Part shown: piece after piece, positions 1-13,900 of the stretch
How positions within the stretch are numbered: position 1 is the first letter of the stretch
Layout: each line of letters begins with the position of its first letter
NCBI RefSeq assembly: GCF_030684315.1
Contig: NC_081363.1
Span: 15,998,116 to 16,062,115 of the forward strand
Direction: 5' to 3'
DNA: 64,000 nucleotides
Source: Stegostoma tigrinum
Lineage: Eukaryota
Program-made: the position numbers and the translations under genes
The notes under the pieces: model-generated
Seen by the model: the letters and a program-made list of their open reading frames with translations, nothing else
What the model was told of the DNA's origin: nothing
The model's database searches: none

Positions 1-289
1 ATGGAGAGAAAGCGGTAAAATGGCTTTGAGACAGGGTGTCAGTCATTATCGTACTGAATGGCAAAGCAGGCTCAGAGGACTCAGTAACCTACCTTTGTTC
101 CTAATTTTCATTTTTTACAGCTTCTATAATCTGATTCTACTGAATTATAGGGATAAATTTTACAACTCATCATGGACTCAAAAACATTTTGCTTTATAAT
201 GTTTAGGTTATTGGCTAAATTAGCATCGGCAGGCTCTCCTTTTAATCGCTATCCTTCCCCCTTTCTTGTAGGAGGTCTCACTCATTAGA

Positions 290-611
290 GGCTGGTTTGT
301 GGTCTCGAGTGGCAGCCAACTCTAGGGTTACCTGTATGCAGAATGCCACCAATATCGACTGTGAAGGGGATCATAAGTATCCCAGTACCTTCTAGGTTGG
401 CGTATTGGTTTAAACAACAAAGACACCATAAAAATGGAAGCTGTTAATGTACTTATAATTACCTTGATATTCTTTAAACCAGTGCATGAACCTGGAAGGT
501 AACAACATATGCGTGAGAACGTCCCCTTCACAGAAACATTGTACATTGGTGACACTCTTGCACATAAGTAACCTTGGAGTTGGCTGCCATCTACTGGACA
601 AACACCAGGCA
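290..611. repeat. Long imperfect palindrome (fold-back or MITE-like relic)
   Basis: Colinear inverted matches: 311-322/577-588, 359-370/522-533, 386-398/489-501, 406-414/473-481. Confidence 0.8.
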
Positions 612-1840
612 GCAGAAATGAGCCTTTGGTGAGTGAAACCAACTCCAAAAAGGGAAGGATAGAATGTAGAATGGTAATTTGTTGTCATTTGTAATTTTAC
701 AAAAAAATGCAGTGAAAAGTGTTCAAGTTGTGTGAACGATTAAAAGGAGAATGTGCCATTGCCAATTCAGCCTATAACCTAAACATCATAAAAGAATCAT
801 CTTAATAAATGTTTTTGAGACCATATGTTGTAAAATTTATCCCAATTATGCAGCAGAATCAATTTATAGAAACTAAAAAAAACAGAAATTAGAAACAAGA
901 GTGGGCCATTCAATATGATAAAGACCGACACCCTATCCCAAAGCCATATTCCCACTTTCTCTCCATATGCCTTGTACAACCTAAAAATGTAACTACCTCT
1001 TCCTTGAATACATTCAGTAAGTTGGTCTCTGTGGTTGAAATATCCACAGTTTCACTATCCTTTGAGTAATGTTTCCGCATCTCAGTTCTAATAAGAATTT
1101 GGTCATCAGTAAAGCAGTCAAAATGGAGGAAGTGAGGTGGGCCCAGTGGTAAAAGAGATGGCACCTACAGGCAACCCCAATAATGGTGGGTCCGATGCAG
1201 ATGGCAACAAATTGGTGGAGGGGTTTTGATGCATGTGTTACCACTGAGTCAGCTCAGGGCTCATGGTGGAGGCAGTGGAATGAAGATAGGCTCTCTGTCA
1301 GCTATTCAAAGTGGCACCAGATTGCAGTGACTGTTGAAGATTTTCTCAGTTTTTTTTACTGTATAATTCACAGTAAAATGCAAGTGACAATGAATTATTC
1401 AAAAAGGAAATGTGTAGTAGAGACATAGAGATCAAAGCGTACAAACTTTTTCAGTTCATTCACAGGGTGAGGGAGAGGCTGGCCAGGCCAGTATTTATTG
1501 CCCATCCCTCATTACCCAGAGGATGGTTAAGAGCCAATCACATTGTTGTGGGTCTGAAGTCGCGTGTGGGCCAGGCCAGGTAAGGATGGCAATTTCCTTC
1601 CTGAAAGGACAGTAGTGAACCAGATGGGGTTTCCCCCAACAATCGGTAATGGATTTGTGGTCATCATTAGACTCTTAATTCCACTTTTTTTAAAAAACTG
1701 AATTCAAATTCGAACCTGGGTCCCCAGAACATTACCTGGATCTCTGGATTAACAGTCCAGCAATAGTACCACGAGGCCATCATCTCACCCTAAGCAAGTG
1801 AAACATGAGAAGTCTAATAAGCAGGCAGTCTGAACAAATG

Positions 1841-2068
1841 ATAGTAAAGTGTGGAACTCGATGAACACAGCAGGCCAAGCAGAATCTTAGGAGCAGAAAA
1901 GCTGACGTTTCAGGCCTAGACAGGAGCACAAAAGCTGACGTTTCGGTTCTAGAGAGGGGTCTAGGCCCGAAACCGTCAGCTTTTGTGCCCCTAAGATGCT
2001 GCTTTGCCTGCTGTATTCATCCAGCTCCACACTTTGTTATCTCGGATTCTCCAGCATCTGCAGTTCCT
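1841..2068. mobile_element. Short palindromic Penelope-pLTR element
   Basis: Inverted arms; 12-bp TSD TCTGAACAAATG at 1829-1840 / 2069-2080. Confidence 0.85.
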
Positions 2069-3310
2069 TCTGAACAAATGCACTTCCATATTACAGCTCC
2101 CTGCTACCAGATGGAAACATTCTCAATGAGATAACTATATAGACCTGGGAGGTAAAGAGGGTGTTGATCTCTCCTCCTCCACCTGGATGTTTGATCAGTA
2201 TAAATGATTCTCAGGTTACAGATCAAGGAGTCCAAACATGTTAAGGCCCAGCAATTCAGGGGTACCTAATTTTAATGAGGTCAAAAGCTCCCCTGGTAAT
2301 CGCTGTTCAGAGCTCATTGTAACAGAGTTGGGCACAATTCAACATTCACCTGGCAAAGACTAATTCGGCTGCAGTTTGCTTTCAATCTAGGGCTGTATTC
2401 GAAGTTCACTTTTTCTCTGTTCTTCCAAATATCTTAACTTCCCTTATCAGATTTACACTGTGACATTCTAGGCTCAGAAGTTTATACTTTTCTCCAGACT
2501 TTCAACGCTCTGACATCAGTTCTTGTTTATTTCAGCACTGTCTCCAGCTCAGACTCTTCTTTCTTGGTAATCACAATGCAACATTCAAGATGTGGTCTGG
2601 CCAGAACACTGTTCCCTACCTCCTTTAATCCATACTCTATACCACAAGCTTTAGAATAGAAGTTTATAAAATAATGACAGGTATGGATACAGTTAATGGT
2701 AGTTGTCCTTTCCCTAGGATGGCAGATTTAAAGACAAGGGGCACATTTTTAACATGAGAGAGGCATTCAAAAAAGACATGAGAGGCTTTTCTTTAAAGAG
2801 GGTGGTTTGCATGTGGAATGAACTTCATGAGAAAGCAGTTGATGTGGGTAACAATTACAATGTTTTAAAGAAATTTGGATGAGTACATGAATAGGAAAGG
2901 TTTAGAGGATATGGGCCAAGAACTGGCAAGTGGGACCAGTTTACTTTGGGACTATGTTCGACATGGACTAGTTGGATCTGTGTTGTATGACCCTGTGCTG
3001 CTGAGCAGTAGTGGGGTTTGGTGAGCACCATATTAACATAAATTAGCAAAAAGATCCCACAGTCTTTCTCAGGTTCTTCCTGTTATTTCAACACCATTCA
3101 TGGACTGTGGATGCCATTTTTTCTTCTGATGTTCAGCACATTACATTCACTCACATTAAATTGTGTCCTTCGCTGTTCTGTCAATTCGTGCATCTTGTCC
3201 AAGGTACTCTATACATTATGGGTTGCCCTTTTTGATTTGACTACCTTATGAATTTGGTATCCTCTGCAGATGTTACCACTTTACACTGATTTATTGAAAT
3301 CCAAACCACA

Positions 3311-3558
3311 GGGGCTGTTGTAGCACAGTGGTAGAGTCTATACTTCCAAGACAGGAGGCCAGGGTTTGAGTCCCACCTGCTCCTGAAGTGAGTAATAGCA
3401 TCTCCAAAAAGGTTGGTCAGAAAAGACCTAAACCCAAATCATTGGGGGTTTTATGTGGCATGGGGGTCATATCCCTACCTTTGCCCCTGAAGGTCTAGGT
3501 TCAGGTCCTACCGGCTCCAGATGGTCATAACATGCCTAAACAAGATGCTTAAAAATAT
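3311..3558 (+). mobile_element. Two tandem copies of a short (~120 bp) tRNA-derived SINE (also ~19866-19978)
   Basis: A/B-box-like heads followed by CCCACCTGCTCC and an A-rich end. Confidence 0.6.
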
Positions 3559-6500
3559 TGAAATCTAAGTCACTGAGCCCTAAGACCTCTGCACTACTTC
3601 CCCGCACTCTGACTTAATTAAATATTCATTGTTCCTTACTCCTCAGTCATGTTCCTGCCATTCCCAATGTTTAATCTGAATCTCCGATGGTTTGTTTAAC
3701 TATTATCCTTTTACTTGGAACTTCACTGAAAGTCTTTTGGAAGTCGAGACCTAGGGTTACCTGGACTCCACTGGAGCCTTTGCCAAGGGTGATCAGGGGT
3801 TTGTCAGGATTGGAATTATTGGTCCACAAAATTGTAAGTCCATGAGTAAGTCATGACTTTGATGCTCTCTGTTTTACAGATTAAAAATAAGGATTTTTGT
3901 CTATGTACTGCCTCTCATTGCATGTCAATGACAATGTTGCACCAATGCTAATATCTAGAAGTCAGAGGACAGTCCAATTCATTTGGCAAAAACAACAGTC
4001 CTAAGGATAAAATGAGCAACAGCTATCAGAGTTAATTTCAGAGCATTCAGAAGATATATTGTTATGGACTCTCTCTCTCCAAGAAAATTCAATCAGCAAA
4101 CATTTAGATGAACAATTACATGGTCCAAAAATCTCTCAGAATGGCCGTCTCTCATTTCAATATTCAGATATAACAAACAATTTAGGTCTGTCATCAATAA
4201 AGGAACCATGTAAGAGATTAGTATGTTTTCTTTCTTTTGTCTTCACATATACATGGGCTGCCAGAGAGCATTATATTCAAAGGCTTTGCATTATAACTGG
4301 TGTGATCATGGCCAGATCTTTCTTTGTGAGTTCTTTTAAACTGTGAAGTGTATTGCTGAAGTTAAAATTAAATGATAAATAAATAATATTGACAATTAAG
4401 TATCTGCCAGAGAAAACCTCTCGGGGCTACTGAGAACACAGCCTGTAAACAGAATGTAATAGGAAGCAGCTTCTCTCCTCTAAAGAAAGCTTGTCTCTTC
4501 ATGGAACATAAGAGCAGGAGTAGCCCATTCAGTCCTGCCTGTTCACCATTCAATGAGATCATGGCTGATTTGTGGCCTAACTCCACATACCTGCCTTTGA
4601 CCTATATCCTTTAACATCTTTGCTACACAAAATAAATCTCAGATTTAAAACTAACAACTGACACTCCATTCACTGCAGTTTGTGGGAGACAGTTCCAAAT
4701 ACCTACCACCCTTTGTGGGTCAAAGTGCTTCCTAACATCTCTCCTGAATAATCTGGTGCCAATTCTCAGACTATACTCCAAGTTCCAGAATCTCCAACAA
4801 CTGGAAATAGTTTCTCTCTATCAGTCCTGTCTTTTCCAGTTAATAACCTGAAAACTTCCATCAGATCACCCCTTAACCTTCTAAGTTCAGAATTTCCATG
4901 CTGGCATTTCTGTAGTAACCAAGGGAAAATGCAGGAGGCAATGCTTTTCATAGTCCTTTCAGATTCTTGGAGCTTCAGTACGTTATTGTTAGCACATTAA
5001 CTCTGAATTCCAATTAATTATTTCTAAATATTAGTTTTAATTTTTAACCCTTTCTTTGTTCACATTGGGGGATATCAATGTTTTATAATCAACTTGTTCA
5101 GAGGTGTTTGTACATACATCTGGGACTTGAACCCAAGGCTCCTGCCTCAGAGTAACAGCATGACCTGGACGTGCATGCTTTAATGCCCTTTTGGCTTTCT
5201 CCCTTTCTGATTCTGATCCCTTGACAGAAGATAAAATCTTAAATCAAGACGTCCAGTTGGGTGATCTGATTCTAGCTAATGTGGTCATTTCTTGATGCCA
5301 TTCAGAGTTGTGTCTAAGTACATGCCAGCTATGGAAGCAATAATATAGCTGCAGCTTGAAAGACAAGGAGAAAGCAGGCCATTGTCCAGCTCAATTGCTG
5401 TAGGCAGGGTGCATGCTGGCTGGACATTATGTCCTGGGATGTTTTGTGTGCCTGAATCTGCTTAGTCACTGGAATTGTCTTATTTAAAAAAAAGCAATGA
5501 GAGTCCCTGCGAAAATTCTCTTTCCTGTAATCCATGTTCCTGCTCTCTGATTTTGACCTTAGATGTTAGCCCACTTCAGCTGGCTACATTTTAACATAAG
5601 TATAAATAAAAGTCATGTTTTAAAAGCAAGACAAAGGTCTTATAGGAAGATAGAAAGACACACAATATCAAAAGTACCTTCCTGGGAGTTGCTGTGGGAG
5701 ACCACAATATTAATTCCTGAACCCACAAAATCTCGTGTCAAACATCGGTATAACCTGAGATTTAAAACCACAGGCAGCCCAAAGTTCACAAAGCTAAAAT
5801 TCTTTATTTCACTGGTGTCAGGCTACTAGAAACATGAAGAAAATAATAATTTTAAACAAGGAAGATGCAATCACTTTCCCACCATTATTAGGTCAGAAGT
5901 TAGGATGTCTGCTGATGATCGTACAATGTTCAGCACCATTAGCGGCTTCTCAGAAACTGAACCAGCCCACTTTCAAATGTAGAGATAGTAAAAACTGCTG
6001 GAGTCAGATAACACAGTGTAGAGCTGAAGGAACAAAGCAGGCCAGGCAGCATCAAAGGAGCAGGAAAGTTGACGTTTTGGGTCAGGACCCTTTTCCCACT
6101 AACAAAGGAAGTAATGTCTCTGCCATATAAGTACCATAAAATGACCATCAAGAACACAGAATCTAGTTTCAGAGAGCACCTAACTTAATATTCAATAGCA
6201 CTGCCATCACTGAATCTACCATGATAAACATCCCGAAAGTTATCACCGACTAAAATGGAGCAACCACATAAACGTTGTGCCTAGAATAGCAGTTAGGGCC
6301 AGGATTTTCTAATGGTGGGTAATTCTCCTTCTGTCTCCTAAGTCCAAAACACTCATGGAATACTCTCCACTAGCCTGAATGAGCGCAGGTCTGACAAAAC
6401 CTCACATCATCCAGGACAAAGCATCCATTTGATTAATAATTACCACTATCAACATTTACTCCTACCACTACAAGGTACACTGCAGCAACTCACACATGTT

Positions 6501-6867
6501 CCTTAGACCACATCTTTCAAGCCGACAGAGAAATACTTATGCAACAGATGCATTGGAACACCACCATTTGCAAGCTTCTCCCAAAGTCAGACACCATCCT
6601 GTCTTGCAGGTATATTGCTGTTCCTCACCACTGTCAGTCAAAATCCTGGAACTTGTTCCCTAACAGTTCTGTGGGTGTTCCTACACCCCCATTGGTTCAA
6701 GGAGGCAGCAGACCAACCGCCTCTCTAGGAATGGGAAGTAAATGGCCAAATCATTACTGTCAACATCGCCTGAATTTAACAAATAGGTAAAATGCTACTC
6801 ATAAACCAGCTGTTTGACAAAAAAATAGTGGAGCCTTAAAGTAAAACTATAACAATTAAAAGTATAG

Positions 6868-7215
6868 AAATCACAGAATCCCTGCTGTGTGGAGGTAGGC
6901 CATTTGGCCCATCAAGTTCATGCTGATCCTCTGATGAGCATTCTACCCAGACCGAACCCCCACACCCAATCCCTGCAATTCCCATGGCTAATCCACCAAG
7001 GCTACACATTCCTGGTTATTACAGAGCGATACAGCCCATCCAGCTGATCCACCTAACCTGCACATCTTTGGACTGTGGGAAGAAATTAGAGCACCCGGAG
7101 GAAATCCATGCAGGTATAAGGAGAATGTGCAAACTCCACACAGTCGTCCAAGACTGGAATCAAAGCCAGGTCCTTGGCGCTGTGAGGTAGCAGTGCTAAC
7201 TACTGAGCCACCATG
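6868..7215 (-). mobile_element. tRNA-derived V-domain SINE (HE1-like)
   Basis: Same head, body and tail as the copies at 52.3 and 60.8 kb. Confidence 0.82.
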
Positions 7216-10200
7216 GGGTTAACGTTTTTGAAACAAAAAGGATCAATACTGAGGGACTGCCACACTGTCTTAAATCAACACATTAACAACTTCTTCCAAG
7301 CTGAATATTGATAATTCAACTAATTGGTTAAAGAGATACTAGTTACTTGCCCTGTTTACACAGGCTTCACGCTGATAGCCCACGTACACTGACATAAGAA
7401 AAGAGTCAAGCCTAAGGAATTCTTGCCCACTGCTTTATCTGCTTTGACACTTCACTGTGTAATGCTCTCATGCTACTACACTGACCCTTAGCCCAGATCA
7501 TGCACTTAAGGCTAAGAACAGGGCTTGATCAAATAATACTGCTGCAGCAAAAGCTGTTGTCAAATAAAATGAATGCAGGAGCAGAGTGTGCCTATTTCGC
7601 TATTTTAAAAATTATTTAATTTTGATAAAAAAAACACGCAAACACAAACATTTCAATGTCCCACGACATGAATTGCACATTATACGTCTTGCTAAGAGTG
7701 CAGAAGCTACTACCCCACAACCAGCTGGCATTCTCGATACATATTAAAATAAGTCTGAAGTGCACATTCCATTAGCCTTTACTATTGATCACAAAAAGTA
7801 TATACAATTTTACAACTTGTTATTATGACAACCACAAAAAAACTTTGTCTTTTTGTCTGGAACATTAAAACACAAATGTTGAACTCTGTCATGGCTTATT
7901 TTTCTGTTTCTGAGATAAAAAGACAGGGAAGTAAAGTCCGACTCCCCAAAATCTTAGACATTAATTTTATTTGAACAAGGTTTTGCTTTCTGAAACACTA
8001 CAGGCTGTTGAGGGAATAACAAGCCTGATTTCAAAGTCTGAATGTACCTATTTGTAATACAAGCCAGATGAATAGAACAGAGCATTGCAGGGATGGAAAG
8101 CTCCGTATTATCTGCCTGATAGTGAGGTAACTGCAAAAAAATAAGAACGATGCCAAAAATAAAGTACAGCACTTTTCCCTTTTCACCACTTTTCTATATT
8201 GGACCTTTGAGAGTAGGACCTTTATTATCTCGCTGCATTACATTTATATTTTCTGTATATTTCACTATTAACTAGCTCCTCAACAGACATGCTTTCGTGT
8301 AGCTCTTTTTACCTTCCCATCCTTCTTATGTCCTTTTACTTAGTATATCTCATAGCATAGCTGAACTAACACCATGCCTGCTTTTCCTACTATTAAAGGC
8401 AAAATAGTCTAAACTTATAACATTTACCAACTTGCTGTATCAGAAAGCAAGGATGCTTCAAAGCAAGAGTAGAAAATGTTGGAACTAACCGGTGGGATGC
8501 AACAGAATCTCTGCCAAATTGGCTTCCACTATCCACATTTGCTGTTTGATGTATTCAGAATTTCTGAGATTTTCATTTTTTATTTCATATTGTCATGCAG
8601 TATTTCACTTTTAAATCAGTGCTGAAGCTCACCAGATGTCTTTAAAAATGATGGACTAATTGTTAAATATTTTTGACTTTTTTTAAGTAAGAAACTGCAG
8701 GACATTTCATGAATTTCCTATTTTGTACAGCTAACCCTAATGGGCAAAGAAATCAAGGTAAGGGAGAGTAAATCGACACTCCACCTGTGACATTTTGTTG
8801 ACACCATTTGATGTCAGATCCTGAGTCTCTGGCAAGGTTAAATCAAATACTTCACAAGTACATTTGCTTTTCTCACTAATGTATTTAAATATAACAATAG
8901 AAGTTACATGCTACTCTATCCTTTAAACAATCCTTGAAACTTCCTTCTTTGGCCAGGTTTTTGCTCATATATCCCAACATCGTCTTATCTGGCAGGATGT
9001 CAATTTCTTTAGGACTCCTATGAAACAACTTTGAACATTTGAATGTGTTGAAGGGTGATATATAAATGCAAGTTGATACATCACATGCCATTCTAGGTTG
9101 AGGAAAAACTATAGATAGATTCAATGAACAATTCCACCTACACAACCTGGTCAGCACTTCAAGGGCAACAGTAATGTTAAGAATGAAATATGACCAAGCT
9201 GGGAAATCAGACAGTGAAGGGGGTTTAAAGTGATGTCAAGTTGAAAGATTAATAAAAGCACAAGGAAACTAGGCTTGAAATTTATAAATATAAATACTAT
9301 AATTTGTTCATTTCTTTTATGCCAGAAACTATTCCTAATTTATTTTCAATTAACACTGGCAGTAGTTTAGGTCTTTAAGATTGAAACCAAATCTTTCATC
9401 TGCTATTGTCATCTATTGTCAGACAAAAATAATCACAAGAATAAAGGCAAGTTTTCCACAAAAGGCACTTCCTTTGTGACGAACACTGCTGGCGTCAGGA
9501 CAGAAATCCAAGCTTCATGTTCTTCATTCTGTGCCGACTAGCCTCATGCGAGTTTCTGATAATGGCACAACCATACTGGACAAATCAGTTCAGCATCCTT
9601 TTTGCTTTGTTGCAAATTAACAAAGACAAATTTAAAAAGTAACAATGAAGTTCATTATACTATCATGATAATATTCATTTGGACTTTATCAACTTCAAGT
9701 CCAAATACAATTTTGCAATAGCGTGATTTTTCTAGTGCATGTGAGTAATTTGTGATTAGAGTCACTACCTTAAAACAGGAGGCAAGTAGTCAGAAGGCTT
9801 AACAGATTCTAACACACAAGTTGAAACTAAGAAAGCTGATTGTTGCTCATAGAGAGAAAATATGGTGGATGGGGGCAAACAGAAAGAGATCCAACAAGTG
9901 TTCAAAATTATGAAGGGTTTTGATAGAGCCAACAGGCACAGTAACAAATTCCATTGGCAAGAGGGTTGATAACCAGAGGCCCAGAAGGTAATTCACAAAA
10001 GAATCAGAAGGGAACTACAAAGAAATTTCTTTTGCAGCTAGTTGCCAAGATGTGGCATTCTTTGTCTGAAAGGATGAAAACAAACTTAGTGGGTCATTTT
10101 CAAATTAAGGTGTTAGAAAATGATAAAGTTCCTACAACATTCCAATATTAGTAAGAGAACAGAGTGGTCAAGTGAAACTGAGGAGTACGACCTAACTTCA

Positions 10201-10742
10201 AAGATAGTTATCTGTGTTGGGGAAAAATGCCAATACATGTTCAAGCAGTTAAAGATCAGTGCAAGTTAGAGAAGGACTAAAATTTGACAGGTCATTTCCA
10301 CCCACATCAGGTCACCAGGAAGCAGCCAGGCACCATGGTAGATACTCCTCTTCAAACAAGTGTTAATAAAATATATACTATGCTGTTTTTTTCGGGTGTG
10401 GTGAGACAATTTAGACTCAATTATTTAATCTGTTCACTGCCCTTCACATTATTATTTAATTTAGAAGAGTCAAAGGGATATCGTGTTAAGAAAAAAATAT
10501 TTGTACAACTTTTGCTATTACTAGAACATTCAGTTTCAAAATATTTGACAGTATCAATGCAAGGCATAAATAACGCAAACTGCAGTGTTCTCTCAGCATT
10601 TGTCATCTCTGCAATATTTAACAAGGACACAACATTGTGTTTTAAGCACAGCAATGTCTTTTCCTGGCCAGGTTATTGCAGATTTCATGAGCAACCTTTT
10701 AAATAGAAGATCAGAGAAAAACTGAAACACAAAGGTCTCACT

Positions 10743-10917
10743 TTACAACTTGATGGAAAAGGAACTCCCACAAGAACATCCATGTTCTGCCTGTGGATTG
10801 TTGATCACTTGAAATGAGCTTCGGATTAGTTCCTCACTGTAATCCACTGTCCCTCCCTTCAAGTACTCCATACTGTCAGAATCAACGACAAGTGAAACTC
10901 CATCCTGTTCAAAGACC
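10743..10917 (-). CDS. ISCA2: ISCA2 coding exon 4 (RVFEQDG...[12 protein letters not shown])
   Basis: TAG acceptor at 10918-10920, TAA stop at 10743-10745, CxC motif. Confidence 0.95.
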
Positions 10918-13900
10918 CTAATTTGTAGAGGCAACCATAAAATTAATTTTCAGATAGTAAAAATTACTATATTTTAACATTCTTCATGTTAGACTAATTT
11001 TTTTACTATTTAATCATGGGAAAACTGCAGTGTAGCAGTAATAGAACTGGTCTGGTAATCTATAGGTGCAAGCTGATTCTCTGAGGACATGGGTTCAAAT
11101 CCCTGCACAGCAGATGGTGAAGTTTTAATTCAAATCATATATCAGCAATTAAAAAGTAGTGCAATGGTGACCATGAAACCATCGGAAAACCAATCTAGGG
11201 AGGAAATCTGCCGTTCTGACCTGGTCAGGCCTAATTAAGGCTCCAGGCCCTCAACAACGTGGCTGATTCTTAAAAGCCCTCCCAAATGATCTAACAACCC
11301 ACTCAGCTGCATCATTCCTGCTGGAATGAATTCAATCATGATCTATTCTGCTGCAGGTTTTACACATTTTAGAGTACATACTGTCTTTTTGGACAATTTT
11401 ACAAAAATCCAGAGTATATCACTGGTACAATAATGTTGCTTTTAAATTACGCAATAGTCAGATAACATTGTGGTTGCAGCTTGGCGCTACAACAATGCTG
11501 TAAACTGAATTATCATTTTTTTGCATTTATGATGATTTAAGGCATTTAGTTTTGGAATGTCGACTTTACCAGCCATGAAGCGTGAGAGGAGTGTAAGACT
11601 GCTTACTTATCTTTATTTGCCACAAAAGAATGATTCACAATTCTGGAACATACTTTAGCTGGACCAGGATTGTGGTTGGAATATATGGAAGCTGGGACCG
11701 GGGTCATTGGCAGCTTTCAAAAAATTGAGATAAAAAAACATTCCAAATTGAAATCTAATGTTAGGAATTAAGGAGTAAAATTAGCTCAGCGAACTGATTT
11801 TAAACCTTGCTGGCAATCTCTCACTAAACTTAATGAGACTTAATATTCTTTAGATATTTGAAATTCAGAGCATGGTCAAATGTCGACTGAATTTCCACTG
11901 AATGACAGATCCGCAAGATTCACACAAATGCAGTTTCCTTCGCAAAAGAATTCAAATAGGAATTAGTAAATTAACTTGCTGATTTTAAAATCACACCGAT
12001 TGTAATTTCATAGGTGCTCCTTAGATGATAATTGATAGTGTTCCCTCAAATGTCCTATACAAGACTGGTGGTCAACTTATTCCAGAACTGGAAACAAAAA
12101 CTATTATCCATTTCACTAGCAGGTGATAGAAAATAATACAAAAAGCTTGTAATCTACATAGTCCTTTTAGCATAACGTAGTGTGAAGGCCCTTCACAAGT
12201 ACATCTAACAATAAAAATAAACCACTGGCACAAAGCCACATCAGCAGCTATTAGGACAGATGACCAAATGCTTCAAAGAGGTAGGTTTCATGGAGCATCT
12301 TACAAAGCGGAAAGAGAGGAAGAAAGGAAAGGTAAATTTGGGAGAGAATTCCAGAACTTAGACCTTCACTTGCTGGAGAGACATTGCCAAAACTGCCACA
12401 TCAAAATTTGGGATACACTGGGGAGGGCAGAGTTGAAGGAACATAGATATCTGGAAGGGATGTGGTGCTGGAGAAGATTAAAAAATGTAGGGGCACAGAG
12501 GATTTTAAAATCAAAGCAACCAGTGTCAGTCAAAGAGCACAGGGGGATAGGAAAATAGGTCCAGCTGCAAATTAAGCCATGGTAATTGTTGAGCAAGAAC
12601 AGTTCTTGTTGTATTCAAATTCATGGAGGGCTGAAATATCGGATGTCAGACAATCAATTCGATCATTCAGAGACAGTGGACAAGGCAAGACAGGTGGTGA
12701 TGAGGAGGAGCTCAGTTTTATCAGCACAAATGGAAGCTGGATGACAAATCTCAGACTTAAGTAACCCCAGTAGTAATAGTGTACAGTGAGAAAAAAAGCT
12801 GTAGGTATTTCTGAGATAATGGGAACTGCAGATGCTGGAGAATCCAAGATAACAAAGTGTGGAGCTGGATGAACACAGCAGGCCAAGCAGCATCTCAGGA
12901 GCACAAAAGCCGACATTTCGAGCCTCGACCCTTCATCAGAGCGCTGATGTGGCCTGCTGTGTTCATCCTGCTCCACATTTTGTTATCTTATGTAGGTATT
13001 TCTCAAGTTTATGAATATATACGTAAGAATGGTACCCAGGCTGATGCAGTGCTAACGAGCTGGATGACTATAGAGGAATGGTGCGTTCAACTGTGTTAAA
13101 GCCTACCGACAGATCAAGGAGGGATAACCTTATTCAGGACAGTATTAATGTAGATAGCGAAACAAAATTACCAGGCTAGCAGGGTGATTTATTAGAACAT
13201 TCACAAGCACGGAATAGCAGGTCACAAACAAACATCTCCACTCTTGTGCAATGCCTCCCATTGGAAAGTTTGTAACTACATTAAAAGAATGAACAAACAG
13301 GAATAATGTTGGTGGGTCATTGGTTATTCTGGAGTTACCTTTTGTATGTGGGACAGTTCTATAAAACTATAAGACACCAGTAAACACAACAAGATTTTTC
13401 TATACCTGTCATCTGGGTCTACTGTCTTATCCACAGTGAATTTGTACTGGAATCCTGAGCAGCCTCCTCCTTCAACTTGTACCCTCAGGGCCTCACCTTT
13501 TTCCAAAATCTGTCGTAAGCGCTGTAACACATTTTTAAAGAGGACTTCAAGTAGTAATAATTTATAAACTTCATAAAGTTACTAGAAAATACATCGAAAT
13601 CATGTAATATCTTGATAATTCATACAGAATACATCACATTACATTGTGGGAAATTGCTCGTGCTGCCGTTTAGATCATTACATGGAACCAAGGCTAGAAT
13701 CCAGAGCAGACTGGTTGAAATAACAACATGATGCTATGAGATTGTGAGGGTTGCAAACAAGTTACTAAATATCAAGCACAGCAGAAAATTGCTCATATAT
13801 CTGTACTAATTGGCAATGTCACACAGAGATACTACAAACAATATTACGACAATTCAGACTAACAATCCTCTCCTTACCAATCTGGAAGATTGATTTCCCA

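Noticed and set aside
328-688. Two minus-strand ORFs (106 and 92 aa)
   Set aside because: No recognisable domain; they overlie the palindromic element.
1-10700. Exons of the neighbour expected from human synteny (LTBP2)
   Set aside because: No EGF or TB-domain coding exons were recognisable in any frame I examined.
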